From contig JBMFSH010000024.1 in the NCBI GenBank assembly GCA_049967655.1, positions 1 through 40,453 on the forward strand: a stretch of DNA of 40,453 nt, given 5' to 3'. Below, piece after piece: positions 21,480 through 30,038 of this stretch (its first letter is position 1; every line of letters starts with the position of its first letter). The stretch is from Acidobacteriota bacterium (GTDB lineage: Bacteria; Acidobacteriota; UBA4820; DSQY01). The translations under genes and the position numbers were made by a program. The notes below the pieces were generated by a model. That model was not told the DNA's origin. It saw only the letters and a list, made by a program, of their open reading frames with translations, and made no database searches.

Positions 21480-22273
21480 AGCGGGTCCTCACGGCGATCG
21501 TGCTCCTTCCCATTTTCATCGTGGTCGTGCTGGCCAAGGCCCCGATCTACTTTACGGCCCTGGTGTGCGTGGCCGCCGTTCTGGCTGCCTGGGAATTCGA
21601 GGCGGTGGCCGTCCGGTCCGGCGCCCCCCCCTCCCGCTTTTTCGTCTGCCTGCTCTCCCTGGCCCTGCTGGGCTCTTGGCTCTGGCCCGTGCAGATGGCG
21701 CCGGAGCGGGTCTTGTCGGCGGCCTTCCTGGTGCTCCTGGTGTGGGGGCTCTCCACGAAGAGGGACCTCAAGGTCATCCTGGCATCCCTCTCGGCTACCC
21801 TCTTCGGGGCGCTGTACGTGGGCTTCCTGCTTGGCTTCATGCTGGGCCTCCACCAAGTGGAGGGAGACGGGGCGCGGCTCATCTTTCTCCTCTGCATCGC
21901 CATCTGGGCGGGCGACAGCGCCGCCTACTACGTGGGCAGCACGCTCGGGAAACATAAGCTCTATCCGCGCGTTTCTCCCAAGAAGACGTGGGAGGGGGCG
22001 GCGGCGGGTGTCGCGGGCAGCGTGCTGGCGGCGGCCATCGTGAAGATGACCTTCTACGCGGCCCTTCGATGGGAGGACGTGGCGGCGCTGGGCATCCTGC
22101 TCTCCGTCGTGGGCCAGCTCGGAGACCTCTTCGAGTCTCTGCTCAAGCGGGGCGCCGGAATCAAAGACTCCTCCAACCTCCTGCCGGGGCACGGCGGCGT
22201 GCTGGACCGGCTGGACAGCCTGCTCTTCAACGGACCTCTGCTCTACTACTACCATCAGGTGTTCATGCGATGA
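21476..22273 (+). CDS. cdsA: Phosphatidate cytidylyltransferase
   Basis: DSAAYYVG, SPKKTWEG, GDLFESLLKRGAGIKDS, PGHGGVLDRLDS. Confidence 0.96.
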   Translation: MKRVLTAIVLLPIFIVVVLAKAPIYFTALVCVAAVLAAWEFEAVAVRSGAPPSRFFVCLLSLALLGSWLWPVQMAPERVLSAAFLVLLVWGLSTKRDLKVILASLSATLFGALYVGFLLGFMLGLHQVEGDGARLIFLLCIAIWAGDSAAYYVGSTLGKHKLYPRVSPKKTWEGAAAGVAGSVLAAAIVKMTFYAALRWEDVAALGILLSVVGQLGDLFESLLKRGAGIKDSSNLLPGHGGVLDRLDSLLFNGPLLYYYHQVFMR

Positions 22274-23433
22274 GCGTCGGGATTGCAATCCTCGGATCGA
22301 CGGGCAGCGTGGGAGAGACCACCCTGAGGGTGGTCCGGAATCTCCGGGACGAGTTCCACATCGTGGGCCTGGCCGCCGGGCGGAAGGTCGAGCGGCTGGC
22401 GGAGCAGATCCGCGAGTTCTCCCCGCGGGTGGTCTCCGTGGCCGATCAGGCCGACGCCCCGGCGCTGCAAAGGCAGTTCCCGGGCGTGGAGATCTACCAC
22501 GGACTCCACGGGGCCTCCCTGGTGGCGGATGCCCCCGAGGCCAAGGTGGTGATGGCCGCCATCGTGGGCGCCGACGGCCTCGAGCCCACCTACAGGGCGG
22601 TCCAGCGGGGCAAGCGCGTGGCCCTGGCCAACAAGGAGTCCCTGGTCATGGCGGGCCGCTTGGTGATGGAGGCGGCGCGCCGCTCGGGCGCCGAGATCCT
22701 CCCCGTGGACAGCGAGCACTGCGCCGTGTTCCAGTGCGTCCGCGGCGAGAGCAAGAAGCACATCCGGAGAATCCTCCTGACTGCCTCCGGCGGCTCCCTG
22801 CGGGACCGCCCCGTCGAGGCCATGGCCGGCGCATCGGTGAAGGAGGTGCTCGCCCACCCGACCTGGAAGATGGGCCGGAAGATCACCGTGGATTCGGCCA
22901 CCATGATGAACAAGGGGCTGGAGGTCATGGAGGCGCACCACCTCTTCGGCGTGCCCTCCGAGCGCATCCACGTTCTCATGCACCCCCAGAGCATCGTCCA
23001 TTCCCTGGTGGAATACGTGGACGGCTCCATGATGGCCCAACTGGCGACGGCCGACATGGCGCTGCCCGTGCAGTACGCCCTGACCTATCCGAGCAGGAGC
23101 GCCGGCATTCAGGAGTTTCTGGACCTGACGGCCATCTCCTCCCTCACTTTTTCGGAGCCCGATCCCCGGCGTTACCCGTGTCTCGGCCTCGCTCGCCAGT
23201 CCATGGAGAGCTCGGAATCCCACATGATCGCCCTGAACGCGGCGAACGAGGTGGCCGTGAAGGCCTTCCTTGACGGCGCCATCCCCTTCGGCGGTATTCC
23301 CGATCTCATCGGGCGGGTTCTGGACGCCACCGTGCCCATGTTCCCCTCCTCCCTGGAGGAGATTCTGGCCCTGGACCAGGCCGGGCGAGCCGCAGCCCGG
23401 AAGGTCCTTTCGGCCATGGAGAAGACGTCTTGA
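22270..23433 (+). CDS. dxr: 1-deoxy-D-xylulose-5-phosphate reductoisomerase
   Basis: ILGSTGSVG, ALANKESLV, PVDSEH, HPTWKMGRKITVDSATMMNKGLE, NAANE. ATGA overlap with cdsA. Confidence 0.97.
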   Translation: MSVGIAILGSTGSVGETTLRVVRNLRDEFHIVGLAAGRKVERLAEQIREFSPRVVSVADQADAPALQRQFPGVEIYHGLHGASLVADAPEAKVVMAAIVGADGLEPTYRAVQRGKRVALANKESLVMAGRLVMEAARRSGAEILPVDSEHCAVFQCVRGESKKHIRRILLTASGGSLRDRPVEAMAGASVKEVLAHPTWKMGRKITVDSATMMNKGLEVMEAHHLFGVPSERIHVLMHPQSIVHSLVEYVDGSMMAQLATADMALPVQYALTYPSRSAGIQEFLDLTAISSLTFSEPDPRRYPCLGLARQSMESSESHMIALNAANEVAVKAFLDGAIPFGGIPDLIGRVLDATVPMFPSSLEEILALDQAGRAAARKVLSAMEKTS

Positions 23434-24776
23434 TCGTCCTGAACTTCCTCTTTTCGGTGCTGGCCTTCGTGGTGGTTCTGGGTGTGCTGATCATCATCCA
23501 CGAGTTCGGCCACTACCTGGCCGGACGGATGCAGGGTTTCGCCATCGACGCCTTCTCGTTGGGCTTCGGCCCCAAGATCGGTCAGGTCAGGGGCCGCTAC
23601 AACCTCTGGCAGTTTCGGTGGCTCCTCCTGGGCGGCTACGTGAAGTTCCGGGAGGAGGCCGGGGAGGGCAGCGGCTCCGGGGAGGCCGACGCCGAGCAGC
23701 CCCAGGGCCCCGGCGAGCCCTTTTTCAAGAAGAAGCGGTGGCAGCGCTTCATCGTCATGATCATGGGGGTCACCTTCAACATCCTTCTGGCCTACGGGAT
23801 CTACTCCTCCCTTGCGATGTACGGCATGGAGGAGTCGGTTCTCCGCGACCAGCCCCCCGTCATCGGATGGGTGGCGCCCAATCTACCGGCGGCCAAGGCG
23901 GGGATCAAGGCCGGCGACCTGCTCTATAGTCTGGACGGCCGACGCGTCTCGAATTGGAATCAGGCGCAGGAGCAGATCTACACGTTGACGCTGAGGCCCT
24001 ACAACGTGGTCGTGATCCGCGACGGCAGAAAGCGGACCTTCCGAGTGACGCCCGAGACGGTCACCATGATGCACCAGCCCATGGGGGAGATCGGGCTCTT
24101 CCCGCAACTGCCGCCGGTCATCGGCGCGGTGGCGGCTCCCTCGCCGGCGGAGGCGGCCGGGATCCAGCCGGGCGACCGGATCGTGAGCGTGGACGGTGAG
24201 CGCTTTCAGTACTGGGACCAGTTTTACCAGGCCATGCTCCACGGTGGAGGCAGTCCCAGGCGGTTCACCATCGAGCGCGGCGGCAAGCTGCTCAATTTCA
24301 CGATCACCCCCGAGTGGAACGCCCAGGCCGGCCGCTACCTCATCGGAGTGATGGCCCAGCAGAGCACGTGGGTCCGCTATCCCTTCCCCTCCAACTTCGG
24401 CAAGGCTTGGCGCATGATCGCCGACCAGTCCACCCTCACCTACCGAGCCATTCAGGGGCTCTTCCAGCGCAAGATCTCCCTTCAGTCCATGCAGGGGCCC
24501 GTGAGCATCGCCTACATCACGGCCCAGGCCGTGAGGGCGGGCTTCTACAGCATTCTGTACTGGATGGCGCTGATCTCGTTGCAGCTCGCCCTCGTGAACC
24601 TCCTGCCGGTACCGGGGCTGGACGGCGGGCAGATCCTCATCCTGGCGGTGGAGGGGGCGATCCGGCGGGACCTCCCGACCGTGGTTAAGGAGCGCATCAT
24701 CATGGCGGGCTTCGCGCTGGTCATGGTCTTCTTCGCCGTGGTGCTCTTCGTGGATACGGCCAAGTTCTTCCACTGA
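23430..24776 (+). CDS. rseP: RIP metalloprotease RseP (two PDZ domains)
   Basis: HEFGH, FSLGFGP, LGGYVK, NLLPVPGLDGG. Synteny with uppS-cdsA-dxr. Confidence 0.95.
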   Translation: MIVLNFLFSVLAFVVVLGVLIIIHEFGHYLAGRMQGFAIDAFSLGFGPKIGQVRGRYNLWQFRWLLLGGYVKFREEAGEGSGSGEADAEQPQGPGEPFFKKKRWQRFIVMIMGVTFNILLAYGIYSSLAMYGMEESVLRDQPPVIGWVAPNLPAAKAGIKAGDLLYSLDGRRVSNWNQAQEQIYTLTLRPYNVVVIRDGRKRTFRVTPETVTMMHQPMGEIGLFPQLPPVIGAVAAPSPAEAAGIQPGDRIVSVDGERFQYWDQFYQAMLHGGGSPRRFTIERGGKLLNFTITPEWNAQAGRYLIGVMAQQSTWVRYPFPSNFGKAWRMIADQSTLTYRAIQGLFQRKISLQSMQGPVSIAYITAQAVRAGFYSILYWMALISLQLALVNLLPVPGLDGGQILILAVEGAIRRDLPTVVKERIIMAGFALVMVFFAVVLFVDTAKFFH

Positions 24777-24796
24777 TCGGCCTAGGCAGGGGGCAG

Positions 24797-25117
24797 GTGA
24801 AGATGGCGGCGAGCGACATCTTCGAACCGTTCGAGCGGCTCCTTTCCCTGCGGATCTTGAGCCGGGGGGCGAAGGTTCCGGAGAACAACCTCCTCCTCAG
24901 GTGCTACCAGTACCTCGCACCCCATACCGTCCCCTACGGCGATTTCTGCTGGAACGGTGACTGCCGGAACTGCGCTGTGACGCTCCAGCGCTCGGGACGC
25001 ACCGAAGAGGTGCTCTCCTGCCAGACCGTGGTCCAGGAGGGGGACGAGATCGTGGATCTGGGCCCCGAAGTGGAGTACGTGCTGCTGCCCTGGCTCCAGG
25101 GATGGGAAGGTCCGTGA
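24797..25117 (+). CDS. Small 2Fe-2S cluster protein (Fer2_4-like)
   Basis: FCWNGDCRNC...LSCQT (C-x4-C-x2-C...C). Start may be ATG 24803. Confidence 0.8.
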   Translation: MKMAASDIFEPFERLLSLRILSRGAKVPENNLLLRCYQYLAPHTVPYGDFCWNGDCRNCAVTLQRSGRTEEVLSCQTVVQEGDEIVDLGPEVEYVLLPWLQGWEGP

Positions 25118-25734
25118 GGACCGCCGCCATTGAACTCCACCATCTGGGATGGCCGGGGCGGTTGGAGGAGGCCCTGGCCTCCGGCGCGGCCATCGTCCTG
25201 GCCGGGAGGGGGGCCGCCGAGGGGCCTCCTGTTACCGGGGAAGCGGTGGAGGCCCTGCTCCGTCACCCGTGGCCCGTCCTGGGTGTGGTGGCGGGACGCG
25301 TGGGAGCCGGTGTCAGCCCCCTGTTCCTGGCCTGCGACGGTCTTTCGTGGTGCAGGGGCGGCCTCTTGGAGCTGCGGCCGGAGGGCCGGGGCGAGGCCAC
25401 GCTGCTCGCGTGGCGCCTGGGCGCGGCGGGAGCCGCCCGGTGCTGGTTCGGCGGGGGGCATCTGACGCCCGCCGTGGCGCGCTCCTCGGCCTGGATTCGC
25501 ACTACCCGTTCGGGTTATGCCGAAGCCCTGGATCAGACTCTTCACACCTTCGAGGGATTCTCGCCCACGGCCCTCGGTCTCCTGCGCGAACTCCTGATCC
25601 ACCAGCACGGGCTCGCGACGGGGCCAGCGCTGGCTTTGGAGCGACGCGCCTTCAGCCTACTCTTCGCCTCGGGCGAACCACTGGAGGGGATCGGCGCCTT
25701 CCTGGAGCGGAGGCCGCCGCGGTTCGCTGAGTGA
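25114..25734 (+). CDS. Degenerate enoyl-CoA hydratase/crotonase-fold protein
   Basis: HPWPVLGVVAG..LFLACD, SPTAL, ALALERRAFSLLFAS..EGIGAFLERRPPRF C-terminus. GTGA overlap with the upstream gene. Confidence 0.65.
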   Translation: MRTAAIELHHLGWPGRLEEALASGAAIVLAGRGAAEGPPVTGEAVEALLRHPWPVLGVVAGRVGAGVSPLFLACDGLSWCRGGLLELRPEGRGEATLLAWRLGAAGAARCWFGGGHLTPAVARSSAWIRTTRSGYAEALDQTLHTFEGFSPTALGLLRELLIHQHGLATGPALALERRAFSLLFASGEPLEGIGAFLERRPPRFAE

Positions 25735-25873
25735 AACCTGAAAAGCAGAAGGCGCAAGGCGAGTGTTCCGGCGGGGGCCGGTGTTGGCGGGCCGCGCTTC
25801 CGGTTGCTATAGTGGGGTGCAGCCCCGCCGCCGAAGGCCGGAGGGGGTGCGTCAGGCAAAAGGAGAAAGGGCC

Positions 25874-27016
25874 ATGGACTTCGAGCTGAACGAAGACCAG
25901 AAGATGATCCGCGGGATGGTGAGAGACTTCGCCGAGCAGGAGATCCGGCCCGGGGTCCAGAAGAGGGACGAGGAAGGGCGATTCATCGGCGAGCTCCTCC
26001 CGGGGCTGGCGGAGCTGGGCCTGCTCGGGATGATCGTGCCGGAGGCGTACGGCGGGTCCGGACTCGACAGCGTGGCCTACGCCATTGCCATCGAGGAACT
26101 GGCCCGGGTCTGCCCTTCCACGGCGGTCACCGTCTCGGTCACCAATTCGGTCTGTCAGGAGCCCATTCTGCGCTTCGGCAGCGAGGAGCAGAGGCGGCGC
26201 TTCCTTCCGCCGCTGGCGAGCGGCCGGCAGCTCGGGGGCTTCTGCCTGACGGAGCCCGGCGCCGGCTCGGACGCCGGGGCCCTCAAGACCCGCGCCGTGC
26301 GCGACGGAGACCACTACGTCCTGAACGGCTCCAAGGCCTGGATTACCAACACGCACGTTGGCAAGACGTTCGTGGTGCTCGCCAATGTCAATCCAGCTCT
26401 TGGCCACAGGGGGATCACCGCTTTCGTCGTGACCTCGGACCTGCCGGGCTTCACCTTCCTGCCGGAGGAGAAGAAGATGGGGCTCCGGGCCAGTGTGACC
26501 TCGGGCGTCGCCTTCGAGGACTGCCGCGTTCCGGCCGCCAACCGGCTGGGCGAGGAGGGGATGGGTTTGAAGATCGCCCTGGCCACGCTCGACTCGTCCC
26601 GCATCGGCATCGCGGCCCAGGCCGTGGGCATTGGGCAGGGGGCGCTGGAGGAGGCGGTCCGTTACGGCCGGGGGCGCGAGACCTTCGGCAAGCCCATCGC
26701 CGAGCACCAGGCCATCCAGTTCATGCTGGCCGAGGCGGCCACCAACCTGGAGGCGGCCCGCCTCCTCACCTACCGCGCGGCGTCCATGAAGGATGCCGGA
26801 ACGCCAGGGCTGTCGCGGGCCTCAAGCATGGCTAAGCTCTACGCCTCGGAAGCGGCGAAGGCCGTGTGCGACGCGGCCGTGCAGATCCACGGCGCCTACG
26901 GCTACAGCCGGGAGTACGCCGTGGAACGCTTCTACCGGGACGTCCGGGTGACGACCATCTACGAGGGCACCAGCGAGGTGCAGCGCATGGTCATCGCGCG
27001 CTCCCTCCTGAAGTAG
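25874..27016 (+). CDS. Acyl-CoA dehydrogenase (short/branched-chain, Bcd-like)
   Basis: MDFEL, FCLTEPGAGSD, LNGSKAWITN, KMGLRAS, RIGIAAQAVG, QIHGAYGY, IYEGTSEVQR. Confidence 0.95.
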   Translation: MDFELNEDQKMIRGMVRDFAEQEIRPGVQKRDEEGRFIGELLPGLAELGLLGMIVPEAYGGSGLDSVAYAIAIEELARVCPSTAVTVSVTNSVCQEPILRFGSEEQRRRFLPPLASGRQLGGFCLTEPGAGSDAGALKTRAVRDGDHYVLNGSKAWITNTHVGKTFVVLANVNPALGHRGITAFVVTSDLPGFTFLPEEKKMGLRASVTSGVAFEDCRVPAANRLGEEGMGLKIALATLDSSRIGIAAQAVGIGQGALEEAVRYGRGRETFGKPIAEHQAIQFMLAEAATNLEAARLLTYRAASMKDAGTPGLSRASSMAKLYASEAAKAVCDAAVQIHGAYGYSREYAVERFYRDVRVTTIYEGTSEVQRMVIARSLLK

Positions 27017-27047
27017 CGGACCGTCCGGCCGCGGTCCCGTGCCGTGC

Positions 27048-27077
27048 TTGACGGCGCTCGGCCCGCCTCCCTACATT
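27048..27077 (+). promoter_or_regulatory. Putative sigma70 promoter for the GGDEF gene
   Basis: TTGACG-N18-TACATT. Confidence 0.45.
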
Positions 27078-27184
27078 TGCTCAGAAGCAATGAAGGTGAG
27101 TCCGATGCGGCAGGCCCGGCTTAGCTTCGCGCCATTACCAGGCACGGGGCCTCGCGGGGGTCGGCTCGCGTGGGGAAGGGCAAC

Positions 27185-27901
27185 ATGCTCTGGATCGGTC
27201 TTCTCGGCCTGCTGACGAGCTTGGCTCTGGGTGGGCTGGTGCTTCAGGCCCTCAGGCGTCGCTTCCGGGACCGGGAGCAGGCGCTGGCGAGCGAGGCGCA
27301 GGAGGCGGTCCGGGCTCTCGCCGACACCCGGAAGCGCCTAGCCGCCGTGGAGGCCGATCTGGCGGCGAGCCGGGCCTCCCTCGAGGCGGCCGCGAGGAAA
27401 GACTCCTTGACGGGGCTTTTCAACAAGGAGGTCTTCCGGGAAACGCTGGAGAGCGAGTGGCGGAGGGGATTCCGTTACGGCGCATCGGTTTCCCTCCTGC
27501 TGATCCAGACGGACGCGGACGGTCCTCAGAGCTCGGCTGCCCGCGAACCGGCAACCATCAAGACGATCGGCGAGCTGGTGGGCCAAACCCTTCAGAGGCC
27601 CGGAGACATGACGGCGCGCCTGGGCGAGGCCACGTTCGGCGTCATCCTTTCCGGCACCGACGCGGAGGGGGCCGCGGAAGCGGGCGAGATCGTTCGATCA
27701 AAGATCGAGGAGATCCGGCTGGAGCACAACGGCAGGGGGGCCAAGGGGGGCGTGACGGTCAGCATCGGGGCGGCCACGGCCTATCCCGGAAAGGGGCTCA
27801 GCTCCGAAAGGCTCATGGGGGCGGCGAAGGAGGCCCTGAGCAAGGCCCGCGGCGGAGGCGGAAACCGCGTGGTCCTCGCGGATATGCTGTGGCCGGGGTA
27901 G
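27185..27901 (+). CDS. Membrane-anchored degenerate GGDEF-domain protein
   Basis: TM helix and coiled coil, DSLTGLFN, RPGD I-site, ARLGEATF in place of GGDEF, VTVSIG, GGNRV. Start ATG 27185 (or GTG 27170). Confidence 0.85.
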   Translation: MLWIGLLGLLTSLALGGLVLQALRRRFRDREQALASEAQEAVRALADTRKRLAAVEADLAASRASLEAAARKDSLTGLFNKEVFRETLESEWRRGFRYGASVSLLLIQTDADGPQSSAAREPATIKTIGELVGQTLQRPGDMTARLGEATFGVILSGTDAEGAAEAGEIVRSKIEEIRLEHNGRGAKGGVTVSIGAATAYPGKGLSSERLMGAAKEALSKARGGGGNRVVLADMLWPG

Positions 27902-27924
27902 AGTCCCGAGCCGCCCGCGCGCTC

Positions 27925-27953
27925 TTGACCCCCTTGATCGCATACCCTATCCT
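27925..27953 (+). promoter_or_regulatory. Sigma70 promoter of tRNA-Sec
   Basis: TTGACC-N17-TATCCT ending 7 bp before the tRNA 5' end. Confidence 0.7.
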
Positions 27954-27960
27954 CACAATC

Positions 27961-28058
27961 GGAGGTGCTTCGGGGCTGGTGCCTTGCGCGGCCTTCAAAG
28001 CCGTTGGACCGGGGCTAATCCCCCGGCCGGTGGGTTCGATTCCCATGCGCCTCCGCCA
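27961..28058 (+). tRNA. selC: tRNA-Sec (TCA)
   Basis: 98 nt. Extended acceptor stem GGAGGTGC/GCGCCTCC-GCCA, CTGGTG D-loop region, anticodon loop CT-TCA-AA, long variable arm CCGGGG..CCCCGG, GGTTCGATTCC. Confidence 0.93.
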
Positions 28059-28088
28059 AGGGGGGTCGAAACAGGGAGACAGGGAGAA

Positions 28089-28121
28089 GAAGCCGGCGTG
28101 AAGCCGGCTTCGCGCGTTTTT
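28089..28121 (+). terminator. Probable terminator after tRNA-Sec
   Basis: GAAGCCGGC-GTGAA-GCCGGCTTC hairpin, then GCGCG-TTTTT. Confidence 0.55.
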
Positions 28122-28442
28122 CGGGTGAAAGCATGGGAATCGAAGGGCGGGGGAGCGTCCGTGGTTTTCGAGGCGTCGGCGCCGGCTGCCCGGCGCCGAC
28201 GCCGTAGAAAGCTCGGCCAAGCCTCCTCAATCGGTAGGATGGTGGTATAGGAGCGCTCTCCAGAGCGCGATTCTCCGAAGGCCCACCCTGGCCGGGCCGC
28301 TTCACCTCCATCTTCGCTCATCTCTCGTCGCTTCCGCCGTCGCTTCCGCCGTTGCGTGCGGCGGCCCGCTCCGCTAGACTGTCCCGGCCTGGAGGGAGTT
28401 CCGAGCCCGCCCCTGCGGCCAGCGCGCCACGAAAGGACTTGC

Positions 28443-30035
28443 ATGCCTGTGGATCCCAAGGAAACGCTCTGTTGCGACCTGCTCGTCCTGGGATCGGGCA
28501 TCGCGGGGCTGCGGGGGGCCATCGAGGCGGCCGGGGCCGGATGGGACGTGCTGGTGGTTACCAAGGACCACCCCCGCGAATCCAACACCGAATACGCTCA
28601 GGGCGGCATCGCCGTGGCCCTCTCCGAAGGGGATGACCCGGAGGCGCACCTTCACGATACGCTGGAAGCGGGGGACGGCCTCTGCGATGAGGGGGCGGTG
28701 CGCGTTCTCGTGGAGGACGGGCGAGAACGGGTTCGCGAGCTGATCCGATGGGGAGCCGAGTTCGACCGCCAGGACGGCGAACTGCACTACACGAGAGAGG
28801 CGGCCCACGGCAGGAACCGCATCCTCCACTCCCAGGGAGACGCCACGGGGAGGGAGCTGGAGCGGGCGCTGACGGTCAGAGCGGCTGCCCAGGAGCGGAT
28901 CCGGACCCTTCCCTTTCACACCGGCATCCGGCTGGTGTCCGACGGAAGCCGGTGTCTGGGCGCCTGGGTCCTGGACGAGGCGGACGACCGGCCGGTGGCC
29001 GTGAGGGCGCGGGCGGTGCTGCTGGCCACCGGAGGCCTGGGGCGGCTTTTCCGGGAGTCCACCAATCCTGCGGTGGCCACGGGTGACGGCATGGCCATGG
29101 CCCTCGAGGCCGGGCTGACGATGGCCAACCTCGAGTTCGTGCAGTTCCACCCCACGGCGCTGTTCCTCAAGGGAGCCCCACGCTTCCTCCTGTCGGAGAG
29201 CATGCGCGGCGAGGGGGCCGTCCTGCGAAACGCCGACGGGCGGAGGTTTATGGAGAAGTACCATCCCTTGGGAGAGCTGGCCCCCAGGGACGTGGTCTCC
29301 AGGGCCATCACATCGGAGATCAAGGCCACCGGCGGCCGACCCGTGACCCTGGACCTGACCCATCTTGATCCGGCCTTCGTGGCCCAGCGCTTTCCCATGA
29401 TCCACGCCACCTGCCTGCAGTTCGGGCTGGATATTTCCCGCGAACCGATCCCCGTTTCGCCCGCCGCTCATTACATGATGGGCGGCGTGGAGACGGACAC
29501 CGAGGGCCGGACCTCCCTGGCCGGGGTCTACGCGGCGGGGGAGGTGGCGTGCACGGGCGTCCACGGCGCCAACCGCCTGGCCAGCAACTCGCTCCTGGAG
29601 GGGCTGGTCTTCGGCACCAGGGCCGCCCGGGCCGCCCTGGGGGAGAGTCCGCCCCTCGGCGCCGGCGGTTCCTTCCCGCCGCCGGAGCTGCCGGCCTGTT
29701 CCGACCTCGACCGCGCGAACGGTCTGCGGCGCCGCATCGCGGAGGTGATGTGGAACGGCGTGGGCATCATCCGCGAGGCCGGCGGATTGCGGGCCGCGCG
29801 GCTCGAACTGGAGGGGATGAGGCGGGAGCTGGGCAGGGGCTGTCTGCACCGCCGAGTTCTGGAGACGGCCAACATGGCCCTCCTGGGGGACGCCATGGCG
29901 GCCAGCGCCGTGTACAGAACCGAGAGCCGGGGGGCGCACTACCGCGAGGATTACCCCTCTCCGAACGACCTCCGCTGGCGGCGTCCCACGCGGCTCAGGC
30001 GGGATCATGACCGGCTTTCATTCCTGGAGGACTAG
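28443..30035 (+). CDS. nadB: L-aspartate oxidase
   Basis: LGSGIAG, SNTEYAQGGIA, REAAH..RILH..GDATG, EFVQFHPT, LLSESMRGEG, ELAPRDVV, AHYMMGG, TGVHGANRLASNSLLEGLVFG, ESRGAHYR. Confidence 0.95.
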   Translation: MPVDPKETLCCDLLVLGSGIAGLRGAIEAAGAGWDVLVVTKDHPRESNTEYAQGGIAVALSEGDDPEAHLHDTLEAGDGLCDEGAVRVLVEDGRERVRELIRWGAEFDRQDGELHYTREAAHGRNRILHSQGDATGRELERALTVRAAAQERIRTLPFHTGIRLVSDGSRCLGAWVLDEADDRPVAVRARAVLLATGGLGRLFRESTNPAVATGDGMAMALEAGLTMANLEFVQFHPTALFLKGAPRFLLSESMRGEGAVLRNADGRRFMEKYHPLGELAPRDVVSRAITSEIKATGGRPVTLDLTHLDPAFVAQRFPMIHATCLQFGLDISREPIPVSPAAHYMMGGVETDTEGRTSLAGVYAAGEVACTGVHGANRLASNSLLEGLVFGTRAARAALGESPPLGAGGSFPPPELPACSDLDRANGLRRRIAEVMWNGVGIIREAGGLRAARLELEGMRRELGRGCLHRRVLETANMALLGDAMAASAVYRTESRGAHYREDYPSPNDLRWRRPTRLRRDHDRLSFLED

Positions 30036-30038
30036 CCC

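Noticed and set aside
27105..27215. Small ORF with AAGGTGAG upstream, overlapping the GGDEF start
   Set aside because: 36 codons with no features, out of frame with the GGDEF gene. It cannot be supported without ribosome profiling.
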